DNA of 59,918 nucleotides from an uncultured Pseudomonadota bacterium (GTDB lineage Bacteria > Pseudomonadota > Alphaproteobacteria > Rs-D84): positions 1-59,918 of the forward strand of contig CAMYYT010000003.1 of NCBI GenBank assembly GCA_947303585.1. Direction: 5' to 3'. How positions within the stretch are numbered: position 1 is the stretch's first letter; each line of letters starts with the position of its first letter. A program made the translations under genes and the position numbers. This document shows positions 16,700 to 24,904 of this stretch, piece by piece. The notes beneath the pieces are model-generated. The model had not been told where the DNA came from and searched no databases. It saw nothing but the letters and a program-made list of their open reading frames with translations.

Positions 16700-16839
16700 T
16701 AAGTTTTTTTTATAAAACTGCCTCGGTGGATTCCCTCGGGCGTAGCCCTGCGGGTAAACCGTAACGATTGTGGTGCGCTATTTATCACCCACAAAATTTT
16801 TCAAATTTTGCGGGGCCCGATGCTTCCACAATCTACTTG

Positions 16840-16924
16840 TTTTCGAACGGGGCAAATACTTTGAAATCTGGGGTGTTCGAAAATTGATAAAAATTAGTGT
16901 TTTTTGAATGCGCTATTTTCGAAC
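16840..16924. repeat. Three copies of a TTTTCGAAC motif (two direct, one inverted)
   Basis: TTTTCGAAC at 16840-16848, GTTCGAAAAT at 16875-16884, ATTTTCGAAC at 16915-16924. Each is flanked by a G/C run. The middle copy can pair with either outer copy. Confidence 0.8.
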
Positions 16925-17104
16925 CGCCCGAACAATATAAAATCCAAAGAAAAACCGCACTTTTGTAGAAAGCTCTGGAATGCGGGTGAGACCTCGACAA
17001 ACAATAAACCAACCATAAACAAAAACTCTGTTAAAGGCATCCGTTTTTGAATGGTTGTTAATTGTTCGTCTTCGTAGTCACCATGCGCACCTGTGGTGCT
17101 CTGG

Positions 17105-17121
17105 CGGCTCCACCCGCTCCC
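17105..17121 (+). repeat. Inverted 17-nt copy of the tRNA-Tyr T-loop/acceptor 3' segment (16 of 17 identical, no CCA)
   Basis: CGGCTCCACCCGCTCCC on the plus strand versus CGACTCCACCCGCTCCC in the minus-strand tRNA-Tyr (17171-17187). Confidence 0.85.
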
Positions 17122-17175
17122 GTTTAGCAAAATAAAAAATACACCCGTTGGGTGCATTTTTTATTTTGGTGGGAG
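17114..17175. repeat. 62-bp direct repeat, copy 2 (overlaps the tRNA-Tyr 3' end)
   Basis: Identical to 16062-16123. Its last 9 nt (tggtgggag) are the complement of the tRNA-Tyr ...CTCCCACCA-3' end. Confidence 0.95.
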
Positions 17176-17252
17176 CGGGTGGAGTCGAACCACCTCAGTC
17201 TAAGACAACAGATTTACAGTCTGCCCCGGCTCTCCGACTCCGGCGCGCGCCC
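17167..17252 (-). tRNA. tRNA-Tyr (anticodon GTA), long variable arm, CCA encoded
   Basis: Reverse complement GGGCGCGCGCCGGAGTCGGAGAGCCGGGGCAGACTGTAAATCTGTTGTCTTAGACTGAGGTGGTTCGACTCCACCCGCTCCCACCA. Anticodon loop CTGTAAA, T arm GGTGG TTCGACT CCACC. The acceptor stem has one C4-U69 mismatch. Confidence 0.85.
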
Positions 17253-17272
17253 AAAACTGTTACCACAATTTG

Positions 17273-17347
17273 TGGTGCGAGCAGAGGGAATCGAACCCTC
17301 ATTTCAAGCTTGGAAGGCTTGCATTCTAGCCTTTGAACTATGCTCGC
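17273..17347 (-). tRNA. tRNA-Gly (anticodon TCC), CCA encoded
   Basis: Reverse complement GCGAGCATAGTTCAAAGGCTAGAATGCAAGCCTTCCAAGCTTGAAATGAGGGTTCGATTCCCTCTGCTCGCACCA. Anticodon loop CTTCCAA. Confidence 0.9.
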
Positions 17348-17422
17348 TATGATTTCGTAAGCCTTGTGATTATATCGTATTTTTTTATAATTGCAAGCAT
17401 TTATTCAATGAGGCTGTTCGGG

Positions 17423-18595
17423 CTATTTTCTCGCTTTTTCTTCTTTGGTCATATGGTTTTTCATCGCCATAATTCTTTTGTAAGATTCGCGTATTCTCGA
17501 TTTTTTTATTTTGCCTTCTTTGACCAATTTTACAATTATTTTATTTACATCACTGCCGCGGTTTTTATCAAAGGTTAAATTGTTGCCGAATACCAAAATA
17601 TCGTTGCCTGCGTTAATAGCCATTTCTATCGCGGTTTCAGTGCCGTATTTGCTCGCGATTGCGCCCATATCCATATCGTCTGAAACAATCACGCCGTCAA
17701 AGCCCATGTTGCGAACCATATCAATTGTCTTTTTTGATAAAGACGCGGGCAGGGTATCAATGTTTTTATTTACGACATGTGCGACCATCACCATTGTATA
17801 AGGTGTTGCGTTTGGTAATAAATTTTTATATGGCGTTAATTCATAATCTTGGTATGTGTTTGTTATATCTGTTAACCCCTCGTGAGTGTCCCCAGCAGCA
17901 GACCCATGTCCCGGAAAGTGTTTAAATGAATATGCAATGCCGGCGTTTTCAAGTCCGCGTGCAAATGCTGCACCATGCTTGGTAACAATGTCAGGGTCGG
18001 CAGAAAAACTGCGCCATTTTGCCCCGATTGCAGGTGATTCTGGGTTTACATCTACATCCAAAAGTGGTGCAAAATCAACATTAAATCCCAAATCTGATAA
18101 ACGTTTGCCCAAATCATAAGCCGTTTCATAAGTTGTTGTTATATCACCAGACCCCAGTTCTTTGGCAGAAGGAATTGGTGCAAAACCGTGTTCGCTTTTT
18201 AATCTTTGAACTTGTCCACCTTCTTGGTCAACAGCGATTAATAGTTTTTTTGGTGCCAAAGATTGTAAATGTGAATTTAATTTTTTTACTTGGTCTGTAT
18301 TCTTTACATTAGATGAAAATATTTGTTTTTTTGCTTCTGTTATATCCATGCCTTGTGCCAACAGACCAGACACATCAACATCAAATAAAATTACACCACC
18401 AATTTTACCTGTTTTGATTTGGTGTTCCAAGGCAGAAAATTCTTCAGGGTTGTTTCCCATACCATCGCCATGAAAACCAGTCATTATCATTTGTCCAGCC
18501 ATTTTTTCAATGCTGGCTGTAGAAAAGTAATATATTGAAATGCTGCCAACAAAAAGTAACCCAAAGAATATCGCGATTAAATTTTTATTTTTCAT
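17423..18595 (-). CDS. Glycoside hydrolase family 3 beta-N-acetylhexosaminidase (NagZ-like) with an N-terminal membrane anchor or signal
   Basis: GH3 blocks AVDQEGGQVQRL, KHFPGHG, GVIVSDDMDMGA. The hydrophobic N-terminus LIAIFFGLLFVGSISIYYF suggests a periplasmic location. Confidence 0.8.
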   Translation of the reverse strand: MKNKNLIAIFFGLLFVGSISIYYFSTASIEKMAGQMIMTGFHGDGMGNNPEEFSALEHQIKTGKIGGVILFDVDVSGLLAQGMDITEAKKQIFSSNVKNTDQVKKLNSHLQSLAPKKLLIAVDQEGGQVQRLKSEHGFAPIPSAKELGSGDITTTYETAYDLGKRLSDLGFNVDFAPLLDVDVNPESPAIGAKWRSFSADPDIVTKHGAAFARGLENAGIAYSFKHFPGHGSAAGDTHEGLTDITNTYQDYELTPYKNLLPNATPYTMVMVAHVVNKNIDTLPASLSKKTIDMVRNMGFDGVIVSDDMDMGAIASKYGTETAIEMAINAGNDILVFGNNLTFDKNRGSDVNKIIVKLVKEGKIKKSRIRESYKRIMAMKNHMTKEEKARK

Positions 18596-20193
18596 TCTTC
18601 AACCTCTACGCTGTCAATATATTGGCGAGATATTTTTTCGTATTTTGCAGATTCATATTCTGGGTTGGATACGGTTTCTGTTTCGCTGGATTCATAAATT
18701 TGCACAGGTGCATATGTGGGTTCGCTGTCGTCGTCTGCAACATAATTTGCACCGATTGTTTTTGTTCTATACGCAGATTTTCTGCGCAAATCATCTGGTA
18801 TCGTTATATAATCCCCAGGATTTATGCCACGTGTAGACAATTCTTTTTCTGGGATAGAACGAAGATTTGTTGTGTTTATGCTATATAGCGGATTCAAGAA
18901 ATTTTTTGGAGCATCAACCAATGTGCCAGCGACACCGGTTCCATTTAATTCCATTATACGTAAAGCACGTTCCGATTCACCAGATGGCTGTAAGCGAAAG
19001 ATTCCACTGGTTCCAGTATAGCCGCTTGGGTCAAAAAGAAATGCGTTTTGTCCCTTTTGTGAAAACAACATTCCCAAAGCCAGATTTGCAGCGTCATATC
19101 CAAATGCTGCCAAATAATCTGGGTCTTTGCCAGCCATCATATTATAAAGGCTGATGAAATTATTTGATATTTCTGGCAAGGTTGCATATTTTGCCCCGCT
19201 CATAGTGAAATCAGAGACGATATTAGAACCATGCCAAAGTGTTGTCCCATAAAACGCAGCGTCTTTGTTGCCGACCCCATAATAACGCAAGAATGATGCC
19301 AAAGTTTTTGAGTCTTCACCATTGCCAAGAAACAAAATCGAATCGTATGGCAGGTCACCAAGTGTTTCTGTTCTTGATATTTTTTCAAGTTGATGACGTA
19401 AACTATATTTTTGCTGTGATGTCAAAGATTCTTTGGCGAGTATATCTGATAAAACTTCGCGGGCGCGGGAATTAGCAGCACTTCGTGCGTTGTACATTGA
19501 AGCACGCATAGAAACTTCTTTGATTGAATCAGAATTTCCAGGTGTATAATAGAACAAACCTTTGATTGGTATGTTGTACGCAGACGATACTTTGTCCGCA
19601 ACGGACGCCATTAATTTTCCCGAATTATCGTCCGGTGCCAAAACAATCATATTTTTTGCACCATCTTGTTGCATTTGACGAACAATCGCTTCGATGCTTT
19701 GGGTCGGAACGAGATTTATAGTCATCATATTATCGCCCAAAGAATTCACATCAGATGTAAATGATATAGCAGGTATTTTTGAAGGTTTCATATCGCGCAA
19801 AATGGAAGCATCTTCGGCAAAAAGAGGACCAATTATGACATCTGGATTTTCATAAAGGGCCGTATGCATGATTGTTTCGCGCCTTGTTCTGTCGCCAGAC
19901 AAATCATAAAATGATATTTTTATGTTTGGTTTTACTTTGCGCAAAAAGGCTGTTTCAAGTGATGTTTTGATGTCGTTCCCTGCATTTTTTGCGTCCCCTG
20001 TCATAGGTAATAACACAGCAATATTTGCGCTGGGGCCACCACTGTCAGACCCGTATACAGATGTAGAATAAAGATAACTTTCTTGGATATCTGTTGGGTT
20101 AGATGTCGCCGGTTGGACATTTCTTGTTACACGGTTTGTGCTGCAACTTGCCAGCAAAACGCCAAAAAAAATTAAAATTTTATTGATATGCAT
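18592..20193 (-). CDS. LpoA/LppC-like penicillin-binding-protein activator lipoprotein
   Basis: Lipobox FFGVLLASC. A periplasmic-binding-fold-like body (IAVLLPMTGDAKNAGNDIK...). It is divergent from rsmI, as lpoA (yraM) is from rsmI (yraL) in E. coli. Confidence 0.6.
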   Translation of the reverse strand: MHINKILIFFGVLLASCSTNRVTRNVQPATSNPTDIQESYLYSTSVYGSDSGGPSANIAVLLPMTGDAKNAGNDIKTSLETAFLRKVKPNIKISFYDLSGDRTRRETIMHTALYENPDVIIGPLFAEDASILRDMKPSKIPAISFTSDVNSLGDNMMTINLVPTQSIEAIVRQMQQDGAKNMIVLAPDDNSGKLMASVADKVSSAYNIPIKGLFYYTPGNSDSIKEVSMRASMYNARSAANSRAREVLSDILAKESLTSQQKYSLRHQLEKISRTETLGDLPYDSILFLGNGEDSKTLASFLRYYGVGNKDAAFYGTTLWHGSNIVSDFTMSGAKYATLPEISNNFISLYNMMAGKDPDYLAAFGYDAANLALGMLFSQKGQNAFLFDPSGYTGTSGIFRLQPSGESERALRIMELNGTGVAGTLVDAPKNFLNPLYSINTTNLRSIPEKELSTRGINPGDYITIPDDLRRKSAYRTKTIGANYVADDDSEPTYAPVQIYESSETETVSNPEYESAKYEKISRQYIDSVEVEE

Positions 20194-20242
20194 TGAAAAA
20201 CCTACTTTTTGTATGTATTATTCTACTATAAAAGGATTCAAA

Positions 20243-21031
20243 ATGCAATCAGGACTTTATGTGGTTGGAACACCTATTGGAAATTTGGCGGATATGTCGC
20301 CCAGAGCGATAGAAGTTTTGCAAAATGTTGATTTGGTTGCTGCCGAAGATACTCGTGTTTTTGCAAAATTGGCTAAACATTTTAATATCAAGACCAAATC
20401 TGTGGCGTGTCATGAACATAATGAACGCGAAGTTGTCGATTCGTTAATCGAAAAAATAAATCAAGGTATGGCCATAGCAACTGTATCTGATGCGGGAATG
20501 CCGGGTATTAGTGATCCAGGATTTAGACTTGTTCGTGCTGCTCGCGAAGCCAGAGTTGATGTGTTTATGGTGCCAGGACCAAGCGCCGCGATTTCTGCGC
20601 TGGTGTTATCTGGGTTTCCAACAGATAGATTTACTTTCTGTGGTTTTTTCGATGAAAAGAAAGTGCGCGAAGATAATAAAATCCGTCATACTATTATATA
20701 TTACGAAAGTCCGAATCGGATTATGGACACAATTAAAGTTTTGGCATCTGTTATGCCGGAACGAAAAATCGCAATCGTTCGTGAAATTACAAAAATTTAT
20801 GAACAAACTATTGTGGGGTATCCGGCTGATTTAGTGAATATAGATGCGCCGCGTGGTGAAATTGTTATTGTGGTTGCGCCTGCGCCCGACAGAAAAATGA
20901 GCGACAGTGAAATAAGTGAAATAGTAAATGATATTGTTGCAAGTTCGACAAAATCTGCGGCTGCAGAACTTGCGGCACGCAGTGGGATTTCAAAAAAAGA
21001 AGCATATAAAAAATTGGTGAAAAAATCATGA
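20243..21031 (+). CDS. rsmI: 16S rRNA (cytidine1402-2'-O)-methyltransferase
   Basis: Starts MQSGLYVVGTPIGNLADMSPRA, with SD AAAAGGA upstream. Also AAEDTR and VSDAGMPGISDPG blocks. The ORF-track extension to 20138 overlaps the neighbouring gene and was trimmed. Confidence 0.9.
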   Translation: MQSGLYVVGTPIGNLADMSPRAIEVLQNVDLVAAEDTRVFAKLAKHFNIKTKSVACHEHNEREVVDSLIEKINQGMAIATVSDAGMPGISDPGFRLVRAAREARVDVFMVPGPSAAISALVLSGFPTDRFTFCGFFDEKKVREDNKIRHTIIYYESPNRIMDTIKVLASVMPERKIAIVREITKIYEQTIVGYPADLVNIDAPRGEIVIVVAPAPDRKMSDSEISEIVNDIVASSTKSAAAELAARSGISKKEAYKKLVKKS

Positions 21032-21582
21032 TAAAATTTGTTGGCTCTTTTGAAACAGTTAAATCTTTGCCTAAAACGCAATTTGCAGAATATGCGTTTG
21101 TTGGCCGCAGTAATGTTGGTAAATCTTCGTTGATAAATGCAATTGTTGGTGAAAAAGTTGCGCGGACTTCTAATACGCCAGGCCGAACCCAAAGTTTGAA
21201 TCTTTTTAATTATAATGACAAAGTCATAATTGTTGATTTACCAGGATACGGTTATGCGCGGGCTTCCAAAGAAACTGCGTTGCGCTGGTTGGAGCGCTTG
21301 GAAGAATATTTATTAAATCGTTCTCAGTTGCGTCGATTGTTTGTTTTAATAGATTCAAGAATAGGTCCAAAAGATTCTGATTTGGAATTAATGGATTTTT
21401 GTGATGAAAACGGTATTTGTTATCAAATTGTTTATACTAAAAAAGATAAAAAAATTCGTGAAAAAGAACAAGTTAAAATAGAACATAAAAATCATCCTGC
21501 GATGGTTGAATGTGTGTTGGAAACTTCTGCGGAAAAGAAGGTTGGTTTGGAAGAATTAAGAGATATTATAGGTGTTAAATAA
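21028..21582 (+). CDS. engB: Ribosome biogenesis GTPase YsxC/EngB
   Basis: G1 GRSNVGKSSLIN, TPGRTQ, G3 DLPGYGYA, TKKDK (G4). About 184 aa. Confidence 0.9.
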   Translation: MIKFVGSFETVKSLPKTQFAEYAFVGRSNVGKSSLINAIVGEKVARTSNTPGRTQSLNLFNYNDKVIIVDLPGYGYARASKETALRWLERLEEYLLNRSQLRRLFVLIDSRIGPKDSDLELMDFCDENGICYQIVYTKKDKKIREKEQVKIEHKNHPAMVECVLETSAEKKVGLEELRDIIGVK

Positions 21583-24064
21583 TAATATTTTTAATGTTTC
21601 TAATCCGATGCGTATTTTGGATGCGTTGTGGGGAGAAATCGCGCAATATAAAGATGATTTTTCGCGCGTTTTGATTTTTTTGCCGTCAAATCGTGCAATT
21701 AAAAGTGTTGAAAAAATGATTGTAGACAATATTGGACATGCGGTTGTTTTGCCTAAATTGGTTCCACTTGGTAATGGTATAGATGACGAAGAAGATGAAC
21801 GTTCTATAAATATAATATCTAATCAAGAAAGAACTATTATTTTGGCAAAGTTATTGTCGGTAGATGCGAATATAAAAAATATGTCTACTGCATTGCCGAT
21901 TGCGCGCGATTTTATTCGTATGCAAGATTATCTTGAAAACGAAGGTGTTAAAATTCAAGATATAAACTGGGTTGAATTAATAGATGATAAATATGCAAAT
22001 CATTTTCAAAACAAAGCGCGTATATTAGATATTATAAAACAATTACCAAATGAACGGTTAACAAGTACTCAAAAAAGAAATGTTGATATTCGTGCGTGGA
22101 CAAAGCATCTAGACGAATATGATTGCGTAATTGTGTGTGGGTCAACAGCTTCGGTTCCGGCAACCGCTGATTTAATGGAAGCCATAGCGAACAATAAAAA
22201 TGGAAAAATAATTTTATCCGGCAGAATAGACGGAAAAAAAGAAGACTTTGAATTAGATACTAATCCTTATCATGCTGAATATGAATTTTTGAAAAGATTG
22301 GGGATTGATGCCCAAGATGTACAAACTGTGGATGTCGGTCAAAGTAAAGTTATGGATGTTATGAATATTGCTTTTTCAAATACTGGGCAACACATACATG
22401 ATGAATTAGAAAATGTTAAATTAATAGAGTGTGTTCGTGAAAGTGAAGAAGCCGTTGCTGTTGCGGAAATTACATCAAACGCGATTTTACAAAATAAGTC
22501 AGTGTTGGTGATTACGCCTGATGCGGCGGCGAATCAAAGAATAAAATCAGAAATGGCAAAGCGAAAAATAGATGCTGATTTTTCATCTGGTGTTTGTGGA
22601 ACTATGACTAATTTGGGACGCGCAATTTTGAATTTGTTTGATAATTGGTGTGAAAATGGTGATAAAGATTTCAAATTAAAATATGCGCAAAGTGATTATA
22701 ATTTATTTGATATGCTGGTCAATTTTATAGATGAAAATCCTGAATTTAATTTTCAACCAAATTTTGTGATAGAAAATGAAGACGATATCGCCATATGGCA
22801 ATCTATTAAAAATGTATCTGAAATTTTATGCGAAAACGGTATAGTTTTAAATATTTTTGATGCGCGTGCGATTGTTGCTGATGCAATAGGTGGGGTGACT
22901 GTGCGTCCAATTAAAACAGAAAACTGCAATGTATGCGTGATCGGAACTATTGAATCGCGTATGCAGACAGCGGATGTAATTATTTTGACTGGGCTTAATG
23001 AAGGTATGTTTCCATCTGTGGGGTATGAAAATGCTTGGTTGCCGCGAAATATTGCAAAGAAAATAGGGTTGCCGTCACAAAATCGTAAGGTATCTTTGAT
23101 GGCACTCGATTTTATGAATTTATCTTGTGGGGCGGAAGTTTATTGGTTGCGTTCTAAACAGTCTGGTGGAAATTTAACAACAGAATCAAGGTTTATATCG
23201 CGTGTGCGGGTCGCAATTGGTGATATAAAAGATGGTGATGATATTTTGAAATCTGTGCGAGAAATTGATGATGTTGAATATAGTCCTCTTGATTATTCTG
23301 CCCCGACACCGCCGATTGATAAAACTGATATATATGTTACGGAAATAGAATTGTTGATTCACAATCCATACGCTTTTTATGTGCGTCATATTTTAAGATT
23401 AAAAAAGCAAGATGATTATTGGGTGTTGCCTGATGCGCGACAATTTGGCAATCTGGTTCACGAAACAATTCAATATGCCAAAGATTATAAGGCTGAAAAT
23501 TTAGTGCGCGAAATGGATGTGCGTGCCAAACAGGTCTTATCTGATAATTCAATTTTGTTTTATTTTTGGCACAAAAGATTTGAAGAAATTGCTTTGTTCA
23601 TAGAAGATTATTTCAAAGATAAAGATAAATTGAATATTTACAAAGAAATTGCTGGGAATGTTATGATTGCTGGGCGAAATGTGCGTGCGCGTGCTGATAT
23701 GGTTTTGTGTGACAGGGTGGTTGATATAAAAACTGGAACCGCACCGAATAAAAAACAATTAACAGAAGGTATGATGCCGCAATTACCTCTGGAAGGTTAT
23801 ATCTTGCAATCTGGTGGTTTTCCAATCAAAGAAAGCAATGTTGCTTTGACACCAATATTACAATTTTTGCAACTTAAAAATGGTAATCCTGAATTGATAG
23901 AATACAAAGATGAAGTTGCACAAGAAATGATTGATAATACTGTTCAAAAGGTGCGCGAATTATTTGGACAATATAGCACAGACAAGGTTGCTGAATACGA
24001 ATATCGCGAAAGCGTTGGTGCAAAGTATCATGAATTTGATGATTTGGCACGCGTTGGCGATTAA
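21572..24064 (+). CDS. AddB-like PD-(D/E)XK nuclease family protein (830 aa; start uncertain, GTG 21572 or ATG 21608)
   Basis: Large ORF with a C-terminal RecB-like nuclease motif (GNLVHE...RADMVLCDRVVDIKTG) and an overall alphaproteobacterial AddB-like layout. No Walker A motif noticed. Confidence 0.55.
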   Translation: MLNNNIFNVSNPMRILDALWGEIAQYKDDFSRVLIFLPSNRAIKSVEKMIVDNIGHAVVLPKLVPLGNGIDDEEDERSINIISNQERTIILAKLLSVDANIKNMSTALPIARDFIRMQDYLENEGVKIQDINWVELIDDKYANHFQNKARILDIIKQLPNERLTSTQKRNVDIRAWTKHLDEYDCVIVCGSTASVPATADLMEAIANNKNGKIILSGRIDGKKEDFELDTNPYHAEYEFLKRLGIDAQDVQTVDVGQSKVMDVMNIAFSNTGQHIHDELENVKLIECVRESEEAVAVAEITSNAILQNKSVLVITPDAAANQRIKSEMAKRKIDADFSSGVCGTMTNLGRAILNLFDNWCENGDKDFKLKYAQSDYNLFDMLVNFIDENPEFNFQPNFVIENEDDIAIWQSIKNVSEILCENGIVLNIFDARAIVADAIGGVTVRPIKTENCNVCVIGTIESRMQTADVIILTGLNEGMFPSVGYENAWLPRNIAKKIGLPSQNRKVSLMALDFMNLSCGAEVYWLRSKQSGGNLTTESRFISRVRVAIGDIKDGDDILKSVREIDDVEYSPLDYSAPTPPIDKTDIYVTEIELLIHNPYAFYVRHILRLKKQDDYWVLPDARQFGNLVHETIQYAKDYKAENLVREMDVRAKQVLSDNSILFYFWHKRFEEIALFIEDYFKDKDKLNIYKEIAGNVMIAGRNVRARADMVLCDRVVDIKTGTAPNKKQLTEGMMPQLPLEGYILQSGGFPIKESNVALTPILQFLQLKNGNPELIEYKDEVAQEMIDNTVQKVRELFGQYSTDKVAEYEYRESVGAKYHEFDDLARVGD

Positions 24065-24834
24065 TCTTTAATTTCCAGTATTAATCCGCAATGATCTGTT
24101 GGTTTGTCTGCAAGGCGTGGTTCCATATCTATTTCGCAATTTTTTATTAATTTCATAGCCGTTTTATTGCAAAGAAAATAGTCAAGACGCAGTCCCTGGC
24201 GGTTGCCAACTGTATCGCGACCACGATATCCGTACCATGTGTAATCTATATCGTTTGGATGTTTTTGGCGCCATGCGTCAACCCAGCCCATATCCAACCA
24301 TTGTTGCATTATTGCCCGAGCGTCCGGTGCAGATATAGATGACCCCAGATAATTTTTTGGATTCCAAATATCTTTATCGGTAATTGCAACATTAAAATCA
24401 CCTCCGATTATTACCGGTTCTTCGGAATTTAAATATTGTTCTATATATTTTGTAAAAGCGCGCATCCAATCTAATTTATATGGAAACTTTGGTGATTCAA
24501 TACAATCACCATTTGGCATATACACATTTATTAAACGGATGTGTCCGTCAATGACACATTCAAGAAAACGTGCGTTTGCATCTGGATATTCGGGCAGGCC
24601 ACGAATTGTGTCTTCAATAGAATATTTTGAAAAAGTAGCAACCCCGTTCCAAGATTTTTGACCAAAAACTTTTATGTTATAACCATATTCATCCAATAAA
24701 TTTGATGGAAAATTCGCATTGTCTACTTTCAATTCTTGAACAAGAATAGTGTCGTATTCGTTTTTTGTCAAAATTTCCATAAAGCTTTCAATATGGGCGC
24801 GAATAGAATTAATATTCAAGGTTAGTATTTTCAT
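24061..24834 (-). CDS. xthA: Exodeoxyribonuclease III
   Basis: MKILTLNINSIRA...VQELK...GGDFNVA...LRLDYFL...SDHCGL-type EEP nuclease blocks. 257 aa. Confidence 0.9.
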   Translation of the reverse strand: MKILTLNINSIRAHIESFMEILTKNEYDTILVQELKVDNANFPSNLLDEYGYNIKVFGQKSWNGVATFSKYSIEDTIRGLPEYPDANARFLECVIDGHIRLINVYMPNGDCIESPKFPYKLDWMRAFTKYIEQYLNSEEPVIIGGDFNVAITDKDIWNPKNYLGSSISAPDARAIMQQWLDMGWVDAWRQKHPNDIDYTWYGYRGRDTVGNRQGLRLDYFLCNKTAMKLIKNCEIDMEPRLADKPTDHCGLILEIKD

Positions 24835-24904
24835 ATTTGCAATCTTTTTTTTATGATACTATAATATATCACGTCCAATATAAAAACAACAAGGATTTTA
24901 TGTT

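Noticed and set aside
16894-17157. 87-aa minus-strand ORF in the noncoding stretch (including a 48-aa hydrophobic sub-ORF from the ATG at 17040).
   Set aside because: Its start lies inside the terminator hairpin of the 62-bp repeat. There is no SD for either start, and the region is dominated by stem-loops. It is more likely noncoding, though the short hydrophobic sub-ORF cannot be excluded.
16654-17252. Possible tmRNA (one-piece or alphaproteobacterial two-piece ssrA). On the minus strand, a tRNA-like 3' end (CGCTCCC-ACCA) is followed by a ~46-nt loop and a perfectly complementary GGGAGCG. This mimics a permuted ssrA layout, and a structured region lies beside it.
   Set aside because: The upstream element is a complete tRNA-Tyr with a GTA anticodon and a long variable arm. 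The putative acceptor helix has G3-C70 rather than the G3-U70 alanine identity pair. There is no T-loop in the plus-strand fragment. I could find no ANDN...LAA-type tag reading frame in any frame. An Infernal scan would settle this.
17423-20193. The GH3 hydrolase and large lipoprotein pair (4-nt overlap) as a novel envelope system.
   Set aside because: The lipoprotein looks like LpoA/LppC, and its divergent arrangement with rsmI mirrors the conserved yraM-yraL synteny. A periplasmic NagZ-like GH3 next to it is plausible ordinary peptidoglycan metabolism.
20138-20242. N-terminal extensions offered by the ORF track for rsmI (20138), recA (36161), typA (45778), greA (51848), the 13759 lipoprotein (14217) and the 12417 and 46306 ORFs.
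   Set aside because: In each case an internal ATG is preceded by a good SD and gives the canonical family N-terminus or a clean signal peptide. The extensions overlap neighbouring genes or terminators.
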